DNA of 64,000 nucleotides from Escherichia coli (GTDB lineage Bacteria; Pseudomonadota; Gammaproteobacteria; Enterobacterales; Enterobacteriaceae): NCBI RefSeq assembly GCF_030013205.1, contig NZ_CP122648.1; one strand, 5' to 3'. Shown piece by piece: positions 32,939 to 43,292 of this stretch (position 1 is its first letter; each line of letters starts with the position of its first letter). The notes under the pieces were generated by a model. It saw only the letters and a program-made list of their open reading frames with translations, ran no database searches and was not told where the DNA came from. The position numbers and the translations under genes were made by a program.

Positions 32939-33355
32939 ATGCGTGTCAAACATGCAGTAGTTCTACTCATGCTTATTTCGCCTTTAAGTTGGGCTGGAAC
33001 CATGACTTTCCAGTTCCGTAATCCAAACTTTGGTGGCAACCCAAATAATGGCGCTTTTTTATTAAATAGCGCCCAGGCACAAAACTCGTATAAAGATCCG
33101 AGCTATAACGATGACTTTGGTATTGAAACACCCTCAGCGTTAGATAACTTTACTCAGGCCATCCAGTCACAAATTTTAGGTGGGCTACTGTCGAATATTA
33201 ATACCGGCAAACCGGGCCGCATGGTGACCAACGATTATATCGTTGATATTGCTAACCGCGATGGTCAATTGCAGTTGAACGTGACAGATCGTAAAACCGG
33301 ACAAACCTCGACTATCCAGGTTTCGGGTTTACAAAATAACTCAACCGATTTTTAA
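32939..33355 (+). CDS. csgF: Curli assembly protein CsgF
   Basis: 138 aa with signal peptide; synteny. Confidence 0.92.
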
Positions 33356-33381
33356 GCCCCAGCTTCATAAGGAAAATAATC

Positions 33382-34215
33382 ATGCAGCGCTTATTTCTTT
33401 TGGTTGCCGTCATGTTACTGAGCGGATGCTTAACCGCCCCGCCTAAAGAAGCCGCCAGACCGACATTAATGCCTCGTGCTCAGAGCTACAAAGATTTGAC
33501 CCATCTGCCAGCGCCGACGGGCAAGATCTTTGTTTCGGTATACAACATTCAGGACGAAACCGGGCAATTTAAACCCTACCCGGCAAGTAACTTCTCCACT
33601 GCTGTTCCGCAAAGCGCCACGGCAATGCTGGTCACGGCATTGAAAGATTCTCGCTGGTTTATACCGCTGGAGCGCCAGGGCTTACAAAACCTGCTTAACG
33701 AGCGCAAGATTATTCGTGCAGCACAAGAAAACGGCACGGTTGCCATTAATAACCGAATCCCGCTGCAATCTTTAACGGCGGCAAATATCATGGTTGAAGG
33801 TTCGATTATCGGTTATGAAAGCAACGTTAAATCGGGCGGTGTTGGGGCAAGATATTTTGGGATCGGTGCCGACACGCAATACCAGCTCGATCAGATTGCC
33901 GTGAACCTGCGCGTCGTCAATGTGAGTACCGGTGAGATCCTCTCCTCGGTGAACACCAGTAAGACGATACTTTCCTATGAAGTTCAGGCCGGGGTTTTCC
34001 GCTTTATTGACTACCAGCGCTTGCTGGAAGGGGAAGTGGGTTACACCTCGAACGAACCCGTGATGCTGTGCCTGATGTCGGCTATCGAAACAGGGGTCAT
34101 TTTCCTGATTAATGATGGTATCGACCGTGGTCTGTGGGATTTGCAAAATAAAGCAGAACGGCAGAATGACATTCTGGTGAAATACCGCCATATGTCGGTT
34201 CCACCGGAATCCTGA
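33382..34215 (+). CDS. csgG: Curli secretion channel lipoprotein CsgG
   Basis: 277 aa, lipobox LLSGC; synteny. Confidence 0.94.
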   Translation: MQRLFLLVAVMLLSGCLTAPPKEAARPTLMPRAQSYKDLTHLPAPTGKIFVSVYNIQDETGQFKPYPASNFSTAVPQSATAMLVTALKDSRWFIPLERQGLQNLLNERKIIRAAQENGTVAINNRIPLQSLTAANIMVEGSIIGYESNVKSGGVGARYFGIGADTQYQLDQIAVNLRVVNVSTGEILSSVNTSKTILSYEVQAGVFRFIDYQRLLEGEVGYTSNEPVMLCLMSAIETGVIFLINDGIDRGLWDLQNKAERQNDILVKYRHMSVPPES

Positions 34216-34279
34216 TAGATAAAAATGCCGGAATTAATAATCCGGCATTTTACTGTTTAAGCGAAAGCGTGAGTGCCCC

Positions 34280-34771
34280 TCACGCTTTATTTTTGATTTG
34301 CTGCTCACGGTGAGCGGTCTTCGTACTACGCGCCGCCAGCCACAGGCCGCTGTTTTTCATTGCGTAACCAAATATCAACCCGAGCCCCAGCGAAGGTAAC
34401 ACCAGTTTCCAGTCACCCTGCCCGGCAAACGTCGCGCATGCGCCTATAAACGTTCCCGGAACAAATGAAAGCAGCAGCTGTTTGGCCTGAATACACATCA
34501 GAAACGCGACAATACCGGTTATGACATAACCGAGAATTTCCAGATGTGGAGCCAGTGCACTACCGTAAATAATGACCATCGCCCACACCACGCCACTAAG
34601 CAGGGTTGCAGCGGAGATCGCCAGCCCTTTCAGCCCACCTTGCGGGCAGGCAAAGTAGGCCGTACAGCCCAGGAAGCCCGCCCAGCTTAGTAAGCCCAGG
34701 GAAACAGCCACCCATCCCCAGATACCAGAGAGAATGCCTGTTGTGATTGCAATAGAGAGAAGTATGTTCAT
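34280..34771 (-). CDS. ycdZ: Inner-membrane protein YcdZ (DUF1097)
   Basis: Start at MNILLSIAITTGILSG (163 aa); hydrophobic. Confidence 0.8.
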   Translation of the reverse strand: MNILLSIAITTGILSGIWGWVAVSLGLLSWAGFLGCTAYFACPQGGLKGLAISAATLLSGVVWAMVIIYGSALAPHLEILGYVITGIVAFLMCIQAKQLLLSFVPGTFIGACATFAGQGDWKLVLPSLGLGLIFGYAMKNSGLWLAARSTKTAHREQQIKNKA

Positions 34772-34872
34772 GCCGCGCATGATAGCAGAAAACGCGGCCA
34801 TGAATGAGATCGAGCACACATTTTATGCAACAACAAATTATCTGTTGCAGTTATGAGTGATGCAGATCACAT

Positions 34873-35427
34873 TTACTCTTCAGAATCTTCTTCCAGCTCG
34901 TCCCACATTGCACTAATGGCATCGCGGGTTAGCGGTGCCATGGTGCGCCAGAAAGGCGTGGTTGCATGGGCCTCCACTTTGCCAAGGAACGCACCACACC
35001 AGGGTAACAGATACTCACTGAACAGTGTTTCCAGTGCTTCGCTCTCATCTTCCGTTGACTGATCTTCCAGCCAGGAAGCCGCGAGCAGCAATGTGCCGAT
35101 GTGATCGGCTGGCGTATCCGCTAATGGCATCCCCCGTTCGGAAAGAAAAGCGCGCACTTCCGCTTCCGTCGCGCCCTCAACCCATGCGCTACGATATGGC
35201 GGCATAGCACATTCATCGCCGATAAACAACGCATTGTAATCGGCAGAGACTTGCGTCATATCACAGCTTTTCTGCAAACGTGTCAGCAACTCATCCTGCT
35301 CCAGTGGCCAGTTCGCAGCCAGTTTCCCCTCACGAATCAGGGTAAACAGCGGCACCAGTAAAGGATCTTGCGGTTGGCGGTAATAGAGCGAACCCAGCAC
35401 ACGACAGAGGATAGAAAACTCGTTCAT
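34873..35427 (-). CDS. ycdY: Chaperone-like protein YcdY (TorD family)
   Basis: 184 aa; conserved partner of ycdX. Confidence 0.85.
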   Translation of the reverse strand: MNEFSILCRVLGSLYYRQPQDPLLVPLFTLIREGKLAANWPLEQDELLTRLQKSCDMTQVSADYNALFIGDECAMPPYRSAWVEGATEAEVRAFLSERGMPLADTPADHIGTLLLAASWLEDQSTEDESEALETLFSEYLLPWCGAFLGKVEAHATTPFWRTMAPLTRDAISAMWDELEEDSEE

Positions 35428-35450
35428 TAATATATTTCCATTACTAGTAA

Positions 35451-36188
35451 TTAAAGGTCTGCAAATTCCGCAATCGGTGCCATACCGCGAGATTCAAGGA
35501 AGTTCAGTAAGCGGCGCGGAGAAACATTCAAAATGCGCTCTGGCGGAAAATCTACCGCGTCGAGGATTTTAAGACACTCTTCAAATTCACCCATGGTAAA
35601 CGCGGTGTGAGAATCCGAGCCTAATGCCACCCAACCTCCAGCGTCACGTACCGCTGCGGCTACCGCACGACAGTTGTCTTCACTGCCCTTACGTGAGTGT
35701 AAAAATGAGGAATTATTGATTTCCAGCGCCACCTGATGTTTCGCAGCTGCTTCAGCAACGGCTTTAACATCTATTTCATATTTCGGATTTCCGGGATGGC
35801 TTATTATATGCACATTGCCGCTGGCGATAGTGGCGATCATCGCTTGCGTATTGGTCGCTTTGTCATGCGGCGCAAACACCGGCTCATGAAAACCGGCAAT
35901 AATCAGATCCAGCGAATCAAACATTTTGCCACTGCAGTCAATTTCACCGTCAACATTTTTAATGTTAGCTTCGATGCCGCGCAGGATCCCTACTCCATCA
36001 ACCACTCGCGGCCAGATACGCATGTTAATGAAGTGCCAGTGATGAGGCGCATCTTCCATATCCGGGCCATGATCGGTGATAGCAAAAAGTTTAATGCCCT
36101 TTTGTTTGGCCTGGGCAATGTAATCACTCAATGTGCTATATGCATGCGTGCTGGCAACGGTATGCATATGAAGGTCGACGGGATACAT
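35451..36188 (-). CDS. ycdX: PHP-domain zinc phosphatase YcdX
   Basis: 245 aa; N-terminal [21 protein letters not shown] motif. Confidence 0.88.
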
Positions 36189-36242
36189 AACTCTCTCCTG
36201 TATTCAATTCCCGCCAAGGATAGCAGGAAACCAGATGCTTTA

Positions 36243-37220
<978 letters not shown>

Positions 37221-37414
37221 TTATCGTTATGATCTACAAAGGCCACCAGCATAACAAATCCGTGGTCGGTGGCAAAAAAAGCAGATTTCGCTTATTAAAA
37301 CTGCATATTGATTGAAGTTTGAATAAACGCGCGATTTTTTAAAAAAGTTTGTTGACCTCAGGTCATGATTTCCCTAAATTAGCGCCCGTTCCAGCAAGAC
37401 AGGAACAACAATTT

Positions 37415-37502
37415 GGTGAGGTGTCCGAGTGGCTGAAGGAGCACGCCTGGAAAGTGTGTATACGGCAACGTATCGGGGGTTCGAATCCCCCCCTCACCGC
37501 CA
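37415..37502 (+). tRNA. serX: tRNA-Ser (anticodon GGA), serX-like; island attachment site
   Basis: 88-nt sequence GGTGAGGTGTCCGAGTGGCTGAAGGAGCACGCCTGGAAAGTG...GGTTCGAATCCCCCCCTCACCGCCA with long variable arm and CCA end; anticodon loop CCTGGAAAG. Confidence 0.9.
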
Positions 37503-37508
37503 GATTAC

Positions 37509-37542
37509 AAGCGCATGTTATTGTTTAACATGCGCTTTTTTA
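37509..37542 (+). terminator. Rho-independent terminator of serX
   Basis: AAGCGCATGTT-loop-AACATGCGCTT followed by TTTTTT. Confidence 0.6.
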
Positions 37543-37651
37543 TTTGTCCTTCCGGACAGTATGCCATCGGGTATGCCATCTGAAACCGGTTTATATGCCC
37601 CACGATCATATCTTATCGGACAATTTCCGATCTTTGAGCATACTGGCAAAG

Positions 37652-38002
37652 CTATACTGCCAGCATGTCAGGATAGTGTTTTGCGATAATATCATTCAGT
37701 CTGTCAACCAGTTCTGGTTTTCTGAACGTGATATGCGCGGAGCCCTTCTTAAAGTATCTGATGCTGAACATCTCATCTTCATAGTCCTCTTTACCCTGAA
37801 CAGACTGGATGTGGTCATCCAGATGAATGGTGATGTTTTCCCGGTTGTCGGGGATCGGTTTGCCGCTGAACAGATAATCGTTATCGCAGACCACGTTAAT
37901 CAGTTCAGCAAGAGTAACACCATCGACGTCAGCGACAATGCGCCCCATGTTCAGTGCCTGCACGTTAATGCTGTCGGCTTCCAGCGTCAGGGCCAGTTTC
38001 AT
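37652..38002 (-). CDS. Hypothetical protein immediately downstream of cbtA (YeeW-like position)
   Basis: 116 aa ORF whose start overlaps the cbtA stop by 4 nt; function not recognisable. Confidence 0.5.
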   Translation of the reverse strand: MKLALTLEADSINVQALNMGRIVADVDGVTLAELINVVCDNDYLFSGKPIPDNRENITIHLDDHIQSVQGKEDYEDEMFSIRYFKKGSAHITFRKPELVDRLNDIIAKHYPDMLAV

Positions 38003-38376
38003 TGTTTCGCCCCCGGATGTTTACCCAGGGTAATGTTATTTACCGTTCTGTAATTGTCGCGGGTCATCAGGCCTGTCGCCCGGCGGGCCCGGAGGATATC
38101 GATGCTGTTTATTAACTGAGAGTGGGTACAGGCGCTGAATCCCGGCTGGTCGGTACGCACCAGTGCGTATTTTTCCACGAGAAAGTTCACCGCATCACAC
38201 AGTGAAATGCCAGCTTCAATATGCTGCTCAATCACACGTTCATCGGCAAACGGTGTGTTATTCAGTGTGAGGCCGTAGTGCTGGTCCAGCAGTCGGGACA
38301 GCAGTATCTGCCAGATTTCAACAGGAGACGGGCGAGAACTGGCCGCCTGCCCGGGTAATACAGGTAATGTTTTCAT
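37999..38376 (-). CDS. cbtA: CbtA/YkfI/YpjF-family cytoskeleton-binding toxin (type IV toxin-antitoxin)
   Basis: 125 aa MKTLPVLPGQAASSRPSPVEIWQILLSRLLDQHYGLTLN... matches my recollection of CbtA (YeeV). Confidence 0.78.
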   Translation of the reverse strand: MKTLPVLPGQAASSRPSPVEIWQILLSRLLDQHYGLTLNNTPFADERVIEQHIEAGISLCDAVNFLVEKYALVRTDQPGFSACTHSQLINSIDILRARRATGLMTRDNYRTVNNITLGKHPGAKQ

Positions 38377-38464
38377 ACTGAAGATTTTCCTGATATGCAG
38401 ATATAAAAATGGGAAAGTGGCGTGGTGAAAACACCAGGCCGTAGCAGAAGGCTATTCGGGAGAG

Positions 38465-38833
38465 TTAATTTTTCATTTTGGGCGTCGGATAAACAGCCAG
38501 ATAAACGTAACCACAACTGCTGAGGGTATCGGCTTTGCAGGTCAGCCCTCTGGCATACAGCGTGACGGTATGCTGATGGCGGGGATTCAGTTCACCGCTG
38601 GTGAGCATGAGCTCCAGTTGTTTCATCAGCAGCGGAAAGGCCTGGTCCAGATGGTACGCATCCGCGTCGCTGAACCGGCCTCTGATACCGGCGCGGTCGG
38701 CAAGGTAATGCAACTGATTGCCCTCCTGCACCAGACGGGCGCCGAAACAGGGCGTCACGGTGCAGGGTAGTCCCCACCAGGGACGGTCATGATTGTCATC
38801 GGGATGCGTTGTCCCGGAGAGTGTGTCTGACAC
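38465..38833 (-). CDS. cbeA: CbeA/YafW/YfjZ-family antitoxin
   Basis: 122 aa from GTG (VSDTLSGTTHPDDNHDRPWWGLPCTVTPCFGARLVQEG...); directly upstream of the toxin. Confidence 0.78.
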   Translation of the reverse strand: MSDTLSGTTHPDDNHDRPWWGLPCTVTPCFGARLVQEGNQLHYLADRAGIRGRFSDADAYHLDQAFPLLMKQLELMLTSGELNPRHQHTVTLYARGLTCKADTLSSCGYVYLAVYPTPKMKN

Positions 38834-38882
38834 GATAAAATCCTCACAGAAAATCGGTGAATGATAGTTTAACGATGACGAG

Positions 38883-39413
38883 TCAGCCGGCGCGCAGACC
38901 GGCTTCGGTGAAGGTGTATTCGTTGATGAGTAGGGCCTCATCCACAGCGGCGTCTGAGGTCAGCCAGTCGTACTCGTTTTCCAGTTGACGGTACAACCAG
39001 AAGGCCAGGTCGCGCAGGGCTTCACTGACTGCGGCTTCCGCATCGGTTGTCATAGTCTGACCAGTCGGACTGTTCCTGGTAACAGTGATACCGTTCATGG
39101 CACTGAACAGTACCCATGTTTCGTCATCATCGTCATCCGGTTCGGGTGCCATAAATGCCCCGCCGTTGTTCAGGGTGTACAGATTCCAGATACCACCACA
39201 GTAGTCTTCGCACAGACGATCCATCCAGCCGAAGACACGGGGCTCCAGGGTCACCCACTGTGGAATGAGGCCAAAATGCTGCGGCCAGAAGCTGATGCGC
39301 TGTTCATCAGGGACGAGGGTGGCAACCAGTTGAGGCGGGTTATTCTCTGATACAGCGGTTAACGGTGGTGAAATCCGCCAGACCACCTTCCTTGATAATC
39401 TGCCAGCCGTCAC
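38883..39413 (-). CDS. KlcA/ArdB-like antirestriction-domain protein; N-terminal 23 codons are flu-derived out-of-frame sequence (chimeric ORF)
   Basis: Contains LVPDEQRISFWPQHFGL and NNGGAFMAPEPDDDD, which I recognise as the prophage antirestriction family (YfjX/YafX-like); the only in-frame upstream start lies in Ag43-derived DNA. Confidence 0.55.
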   Translation of the reverse strand: MTAGRLSRKVVWRISPPLTAVSENNPPQLVATLVPDEQRISFWPQHFGLIPQWVTLEPRVFGWMDRLCEDYCGGIWNLYTLNNGGAFMAPEPDDDDDETWVLFSAMNGITVTRNSPTGQTMTTDAEAAVSEALRDLAFWLYRQLENEYDWLTSDAAVDEALLINEYTFTEAGLRAG

Positions 39414-40227
39414 TGTTTACAACAGTGCCAGACGCCGTACCGCCGTTGTGCACATACTGGTACCCCCCATTCAGCGTGGTATCCAGTGCGTGACCATGTA
39501 CAGTCTGGTCGCCGCCGGCATAAACCACAGTGGTATTTGCCGTTCCTTCAGCAGCCACAATCTGACGACCATTTTTATTGATGGTGGTGCGTACGGCATC
39601 TCCGTAGACGGTCTGCCCGGTATCACCATTTTCTGCATCCGGTCCCCCTTCCGCGCCGGTATTCACAACCGTGTCGGTTGCCATTGCGCCGGATTTGACG
39701 GCCTGCCAGCCCTTCTCATTAATGACGGTACCCGTTGCAATCCCGCCTTCATGTACCCACTGCTCACCGCCGTTCAGAGTGGTATTCACTGCCTGCCCCT
39801 GAAGGCTCTGTCCGCCTCCGGCACTGATAACCGTGTCTGAAACGCTTCCTCCGGCATTCACTCCCTGAAGACCACCACCGGTGACAGTAGTGTTGTTGGC
39901 GATACCGCCATTTTGTATCCATTGCCCGCCGGTATTGGCCTCGTTATCCGGCCCATACTCCAGCCCGGTACTGATGGTCATTCCGTTGGTCGTGCCGAAG
40001 ACAATCTGGTTGTCATGATTTTTCAGTGTTCCGCCGTTCACGGTTTCTCCCGCCTGTACAACCGTGTCAGCAGCCAGTGCCGGGACTGACGTGACAGCAG
40101 CAAGAGACAGCGCAACCGCCACACCGGTGCGTTTTCCCCGTGAGCGGGCCAGTTCGGAAGCCACCACCAGGGTGCCCGTAATGTGATTCCATACCAGCCT
40201 GTAGCTGGTGTTCAGATGTCGTTTCAT
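39340..40227 (-). pseudogene. flu: Antigen 43 (flu) autotransporter, 5' fragment only (about 296 codons of about 1,039)
   Basis: MKRHLNTSYRLVWNHITGTLVVASELARSRGKRTGVAVALSLAAVTSVPALA signal peptide and start of passenger repeats, then stop after ...TTVNRCIRE; beta-barrel domain absent. Confidence 0.78.
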
Positions 40228-40444
40228 CAGCTTTTCCTTACAGAGGGTGAATAAAAAAGCCGGTACCCACAAATGTGGATACCGGCAGGTACAAAACAGC
40301 ATGGTCAGATAAAGTGGTTTTTCCCGGACATAAATGCTTCCCCTCTCTCATCCGCCAGAGAAGTATCAGTCCGTTGTGTGCAATTCCGTTCTGCATGATG
40401 AAGAGATTCAGCTGCCTTTTCGCAGGCCATTAATCACTATAAAC

Positions 40445-40480
40445 GATCGATGACAACGATCGATACCTGTTTTATCGATC
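40445..40480 (-). promoter_or_regulatory. Three clustered GATC sites: the Dam/OxyR phase-variation switch of flu (agn43)
   Basis: GATC at 40445-40448, 40458-40461 and 40477-40480 within 36 bp, about 220-250 bp upstream of the flu start; matches the known agn43 arrangement. Confidence 0.6.
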
Positions 40481-40599
40481 GTTTTATTCTATTAATAGCG
40501 AGGCGGTCACGCAAGAGAAACAGGAGGGGGATGAGGTGTTTGTGTCATGTTTTCAGTTTGTTAACGCAATGTAATCAGGCATTTCCCCTGGCAGACTGT

Positions 40600-41472
40600 T
40601 CAGAAGAAAATCCAGTTCCATACAGCGCGGGCAACAGAGACCACCGTGTCACGGACGGCACGCAGAACCGTACGAGCCACAGAGGCAACACAGACGCTCT
40701 CCGCCGTGTCAAATATCCGGTCCACCGCACCGGTAAACTGTTCACGGGCCTGCCCCCGGACAGATTCCGTGCACAGCTCGTCCTGCAGGCGGGTCATCAG
40801 GGGACTGGCGGCATGGTCGGGAAGTGCTGTCATGAGCGCGCTGACCAGCGTATCCAGTTCCCAGCCGGTGCGGGCCGATACGGCCACAACCGGATGTACG
40901 GGCCGGAACAGACGGAATACCGCCTCCGTTTTTTCGCGAATGTTCTGTGCCTGTGCGGGAGAAGGCTGAATACCGGCCATATCCCATTCATGGCAGGGCT
41001 CCGTTTTATCGGCCTGCGTCACCACAAACAGTACCCGCTGATGTCCCCGGTGCAGGATGTGTCGCCAGAAATACTCATCCACAGACAGGGCACGGTCATC
41101 GGCTTTAATCAGCCACAGTACCAGGTCAAGTTCAGGCAGAATGTCACGGTACAGGGCTTCATACTCTGCATCCCTGTCCCGGCTCTCGCCCACCCCGGGC
41201 AGGTCAGTGATAATCATGCTGTGACCGTGGCCACTCAGACGGAAGCGCCGCACTTCCCGGGTGCCGGCGTGAACATCACTGACCGGGGTGACCTCCCCCT
41301 GAAACAGTGCATTACAGAGTGAGGATTTACCGGCCCCGCTTTTACCCATAATGCCAATCACGGGTTCGTGACTGGTGAGTTTGCGCAGATGTTCCAGGAT
41401 GTGACGGGAAAGTGAGTAAGGCAGGGAGGAGAGCGGTTTTTCAATTGCCTCAATGGCATCAGACGGATTCAT
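40600..41472 (-). CDS. yeeP: YeeP/YkfA/YfjP-family prophage GTPase
   Basis: P-loop GIMGKSGAGKSSLCNAL and DLPG G3 motif; start at MNPSDAIEAIEKP. Confidence 0.75.
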   Translation of the reverse strand: MNPSDAIEAIEKPLSSLPYSLSRHILEHLRKLTSHEPVIGIMGKSGAGKSSLCNALFQGEVTPVSDVHAGTREVRRFRLSGHGHSMIITDLPGVGESRDRDAEYEALYRDILPELDLVLWLIKADDRALSVDEYFWRHILHRGHQRVLFVVTQADKTEPCHEWDMAGIQPSPAQAQNIREKTEAVFRLFRPVHPVVAVSARTGWELDTLVSALMTALPDHAASPLMTRLQDELCTESVRGQAREQFTGAVDRIFDTAESVCVASVARTVLRAVRDTVVSVARAVWNWIFF

Positions 41473-41735
41473 ACATGTATTCCCGGTGAAAAAAGACAAA
41501 ACCCCGCGCACCGGAAAGGTGGCGGGGGATTCACGGAGATAATATCTGTCTGAAATTATTTAGAATGCACCTGGTGCACTGCAAAGGAAAGGCAATATTC
41601 CGTTCCTCCTCCTTGTCGTGAATACCCCAGGTATCTCACAATGTACACCGACTTACTCCGGGGCTGCCTGAACCACAAGATTGCTGTAGAATTGCCCCCA
41701 ATGATTCAGGTCCAAACCAGGAAAATGGATTAAAA

Positions 41736-43292
41736 ATGACAAGTATTCAACAACGAGCAGAACTGCACCGCCAGATATGGCAAATTGCCAATGATGTCAG
41801 AGGTTCTGTTGACGGATGGGATTTTAAGCAATACGTTCTGGGCGCACTTTTCTACCGTTTTATCAGCGAAAATTTTTCCAGTTATATTGAAGCCGGTGAT
41901 GACAGCATCTGTTATGCGAAACTGGATGACAGCGTAATTACTGATGACATTAAAGACGATGCCATCAAAACCAAAGGCTACTTCATCTACCCAAGTCAGC
42001 TTTTCTGCAACGTAGCTGCGAAAGCAAATACCAATGACAGACTGAATGCAGATTTAAACAGCATCTTCGTTGCTATCGAAAGTTCTGCTTACGGCTACCC
42101 TTCAGAAGCAGACATCAAAGGTTTGTTTGCTGATTTCGATACCACCAGTAACCGCCTGGGTAACACCGTTAAAGATAAAAATGCCCGCCTGGCTGCGGTT
42201 CTGAAAGGGGTTGAAGGGTTAAAACTTGGTGACTTCAACGAACATCAGATTGACCTGTTCGGTGATGCCTATGAGTTCCTGATTTCTAACTATGCCGCGA
42301 ATGCCGGTAAGTCCGGCGGCGAGTTCTTTACACCGCAGCACGTCTCTAAGCTGATTGCACAACTGGCTATGCACGGGCAGACCCACGTTAACAAAATATA
42401 CGACCCGGCAGCAGGTTCCGGTTCGCTGTTGTTGCAGGCTAAAAAACAGTTCGATGACCACATCATCGAAGAAGGCTTTTTCGGTCAGGAAATCAACCAT
42501 ACGACCTATAACCTGGCGCGTATGAACATGTTTTTGCACAACATCAACTACGACAAGTTTGATATCAAGCTGGGCAATACGCTGACTGAGCCGCACTTCA
42601 GAGATGAAAAACCGTTTGATGCCATCGTTTCTAACCCGCCGTATTCGGTGAAATGGATTGGCAGCGATGACCCGACGCTGATTAACGATGAACGTTTTGC
42701 CCCGGCTGGCGTTCTGGCCCCCAAATCCAAAGCTGACTTTGCGTTTGTATTACATGCGCTGAACTATCTTTCTGCCAAAGGTCGTGCTGCGATTGTTTGC
42801 TTCCCGGGTATTTTTTACCGTGGCGGCGCGGAGCAGAAAATCCGTCAGTATCTGGTTGATAATAACTATGTCGAAACCGTGATTTCACTGGCACCGAATC
42901 TGTTCTTTGGCACCACCATTGCCGTAAACATTCTGGTGCTGTCTAAACATAAAACGGATACCAAAGTTCAGTTTATTGATGCCAGCGAACTGTTCAAAAA
43001 AGAGACTAACAACAACATTCTGACCGATGCCCATATAGAAAAAATTATGCAGGTATTTGCCAGCAAGGAAGATGTTGCTCATCTGGCGAAATCTGTCGCG
43101 TTTGAAGCCGTTGTCGCGAATGACTATAACCTGTCAGTGAGCAGCTATGTGGAAGCGAAAGATAACCGCGAAATTATCGATATTGCTGAGCTGAATGCAG
43201 AACTGAAAACTACGGTTAGCAAAATCGACCAGTTGCGTAAAGATATTGATGCGATTGTGGCTGAAATTGAAGGCTGCGAGGTGCAAAAATGA
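41736..43292 (+). CDS. hsdM: Type I restriction-modification system DNA methyltransferase subunit HsdM (type IC, EcoR124-like)
   Basis: 518 aa; AdoMet motif [10 protein letters not shown] and N6-adenine catalytic motif NPPYS; HsdM N-terminal domain. Confidence 0.9.
   Translation: MTSIQQRAELHRQIWQIANDVRGSVDGWDFKQYVLGALFYRFISENFSSYIEAGDDSICYAKLDDSVITDDIKDDAIKTKGYFIYPSQLFCNVAAKANTNDRLNADLNSIFVAIESSAYGYPSEADIKGLFADFDTTSNRLGNTVKDKNARLAAVLKGVEGLKLGDFNEHQIDLFGDAYEFLISNYAANAGKSGGEFFTPQHVSKLIAQLAMHGQTHVNKIYDPAAGSGSLLLQAKKQFDDHIIEEGFFGQEINHTTYNLARMNMFLHNINYDKFDIKLGNTLTEPHFRDEKPFDAIVSNPPYSVKWIGSDDPTLINDERFAPAGVLAPKSKADFAFVLHALNYLSAKGRAAIVCFPGIFYRGGAEQKIRQYLVDNNYVETVISLAPNLFFGTTIAVNILVLSKHKTDTKVQFIDASELFKKETNNNILTDAHIEKIMQVFASKEDVAHLAKSVAFEAVVANDYNLSVSSYVEAKDNREIIDIAELNAELKTTVSKIDQLRKDIDAIVAEIEGCEVQK

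Noticed and set aside
37503-37651. Looked for an integrase or att direct repeat immediately 3' of serX
   Set aside because: No integrase-like ORF; only the tRNA terminator and the 3' end of a prophage-module gene. An att repeat elsewhere could not be confirmed by eye.
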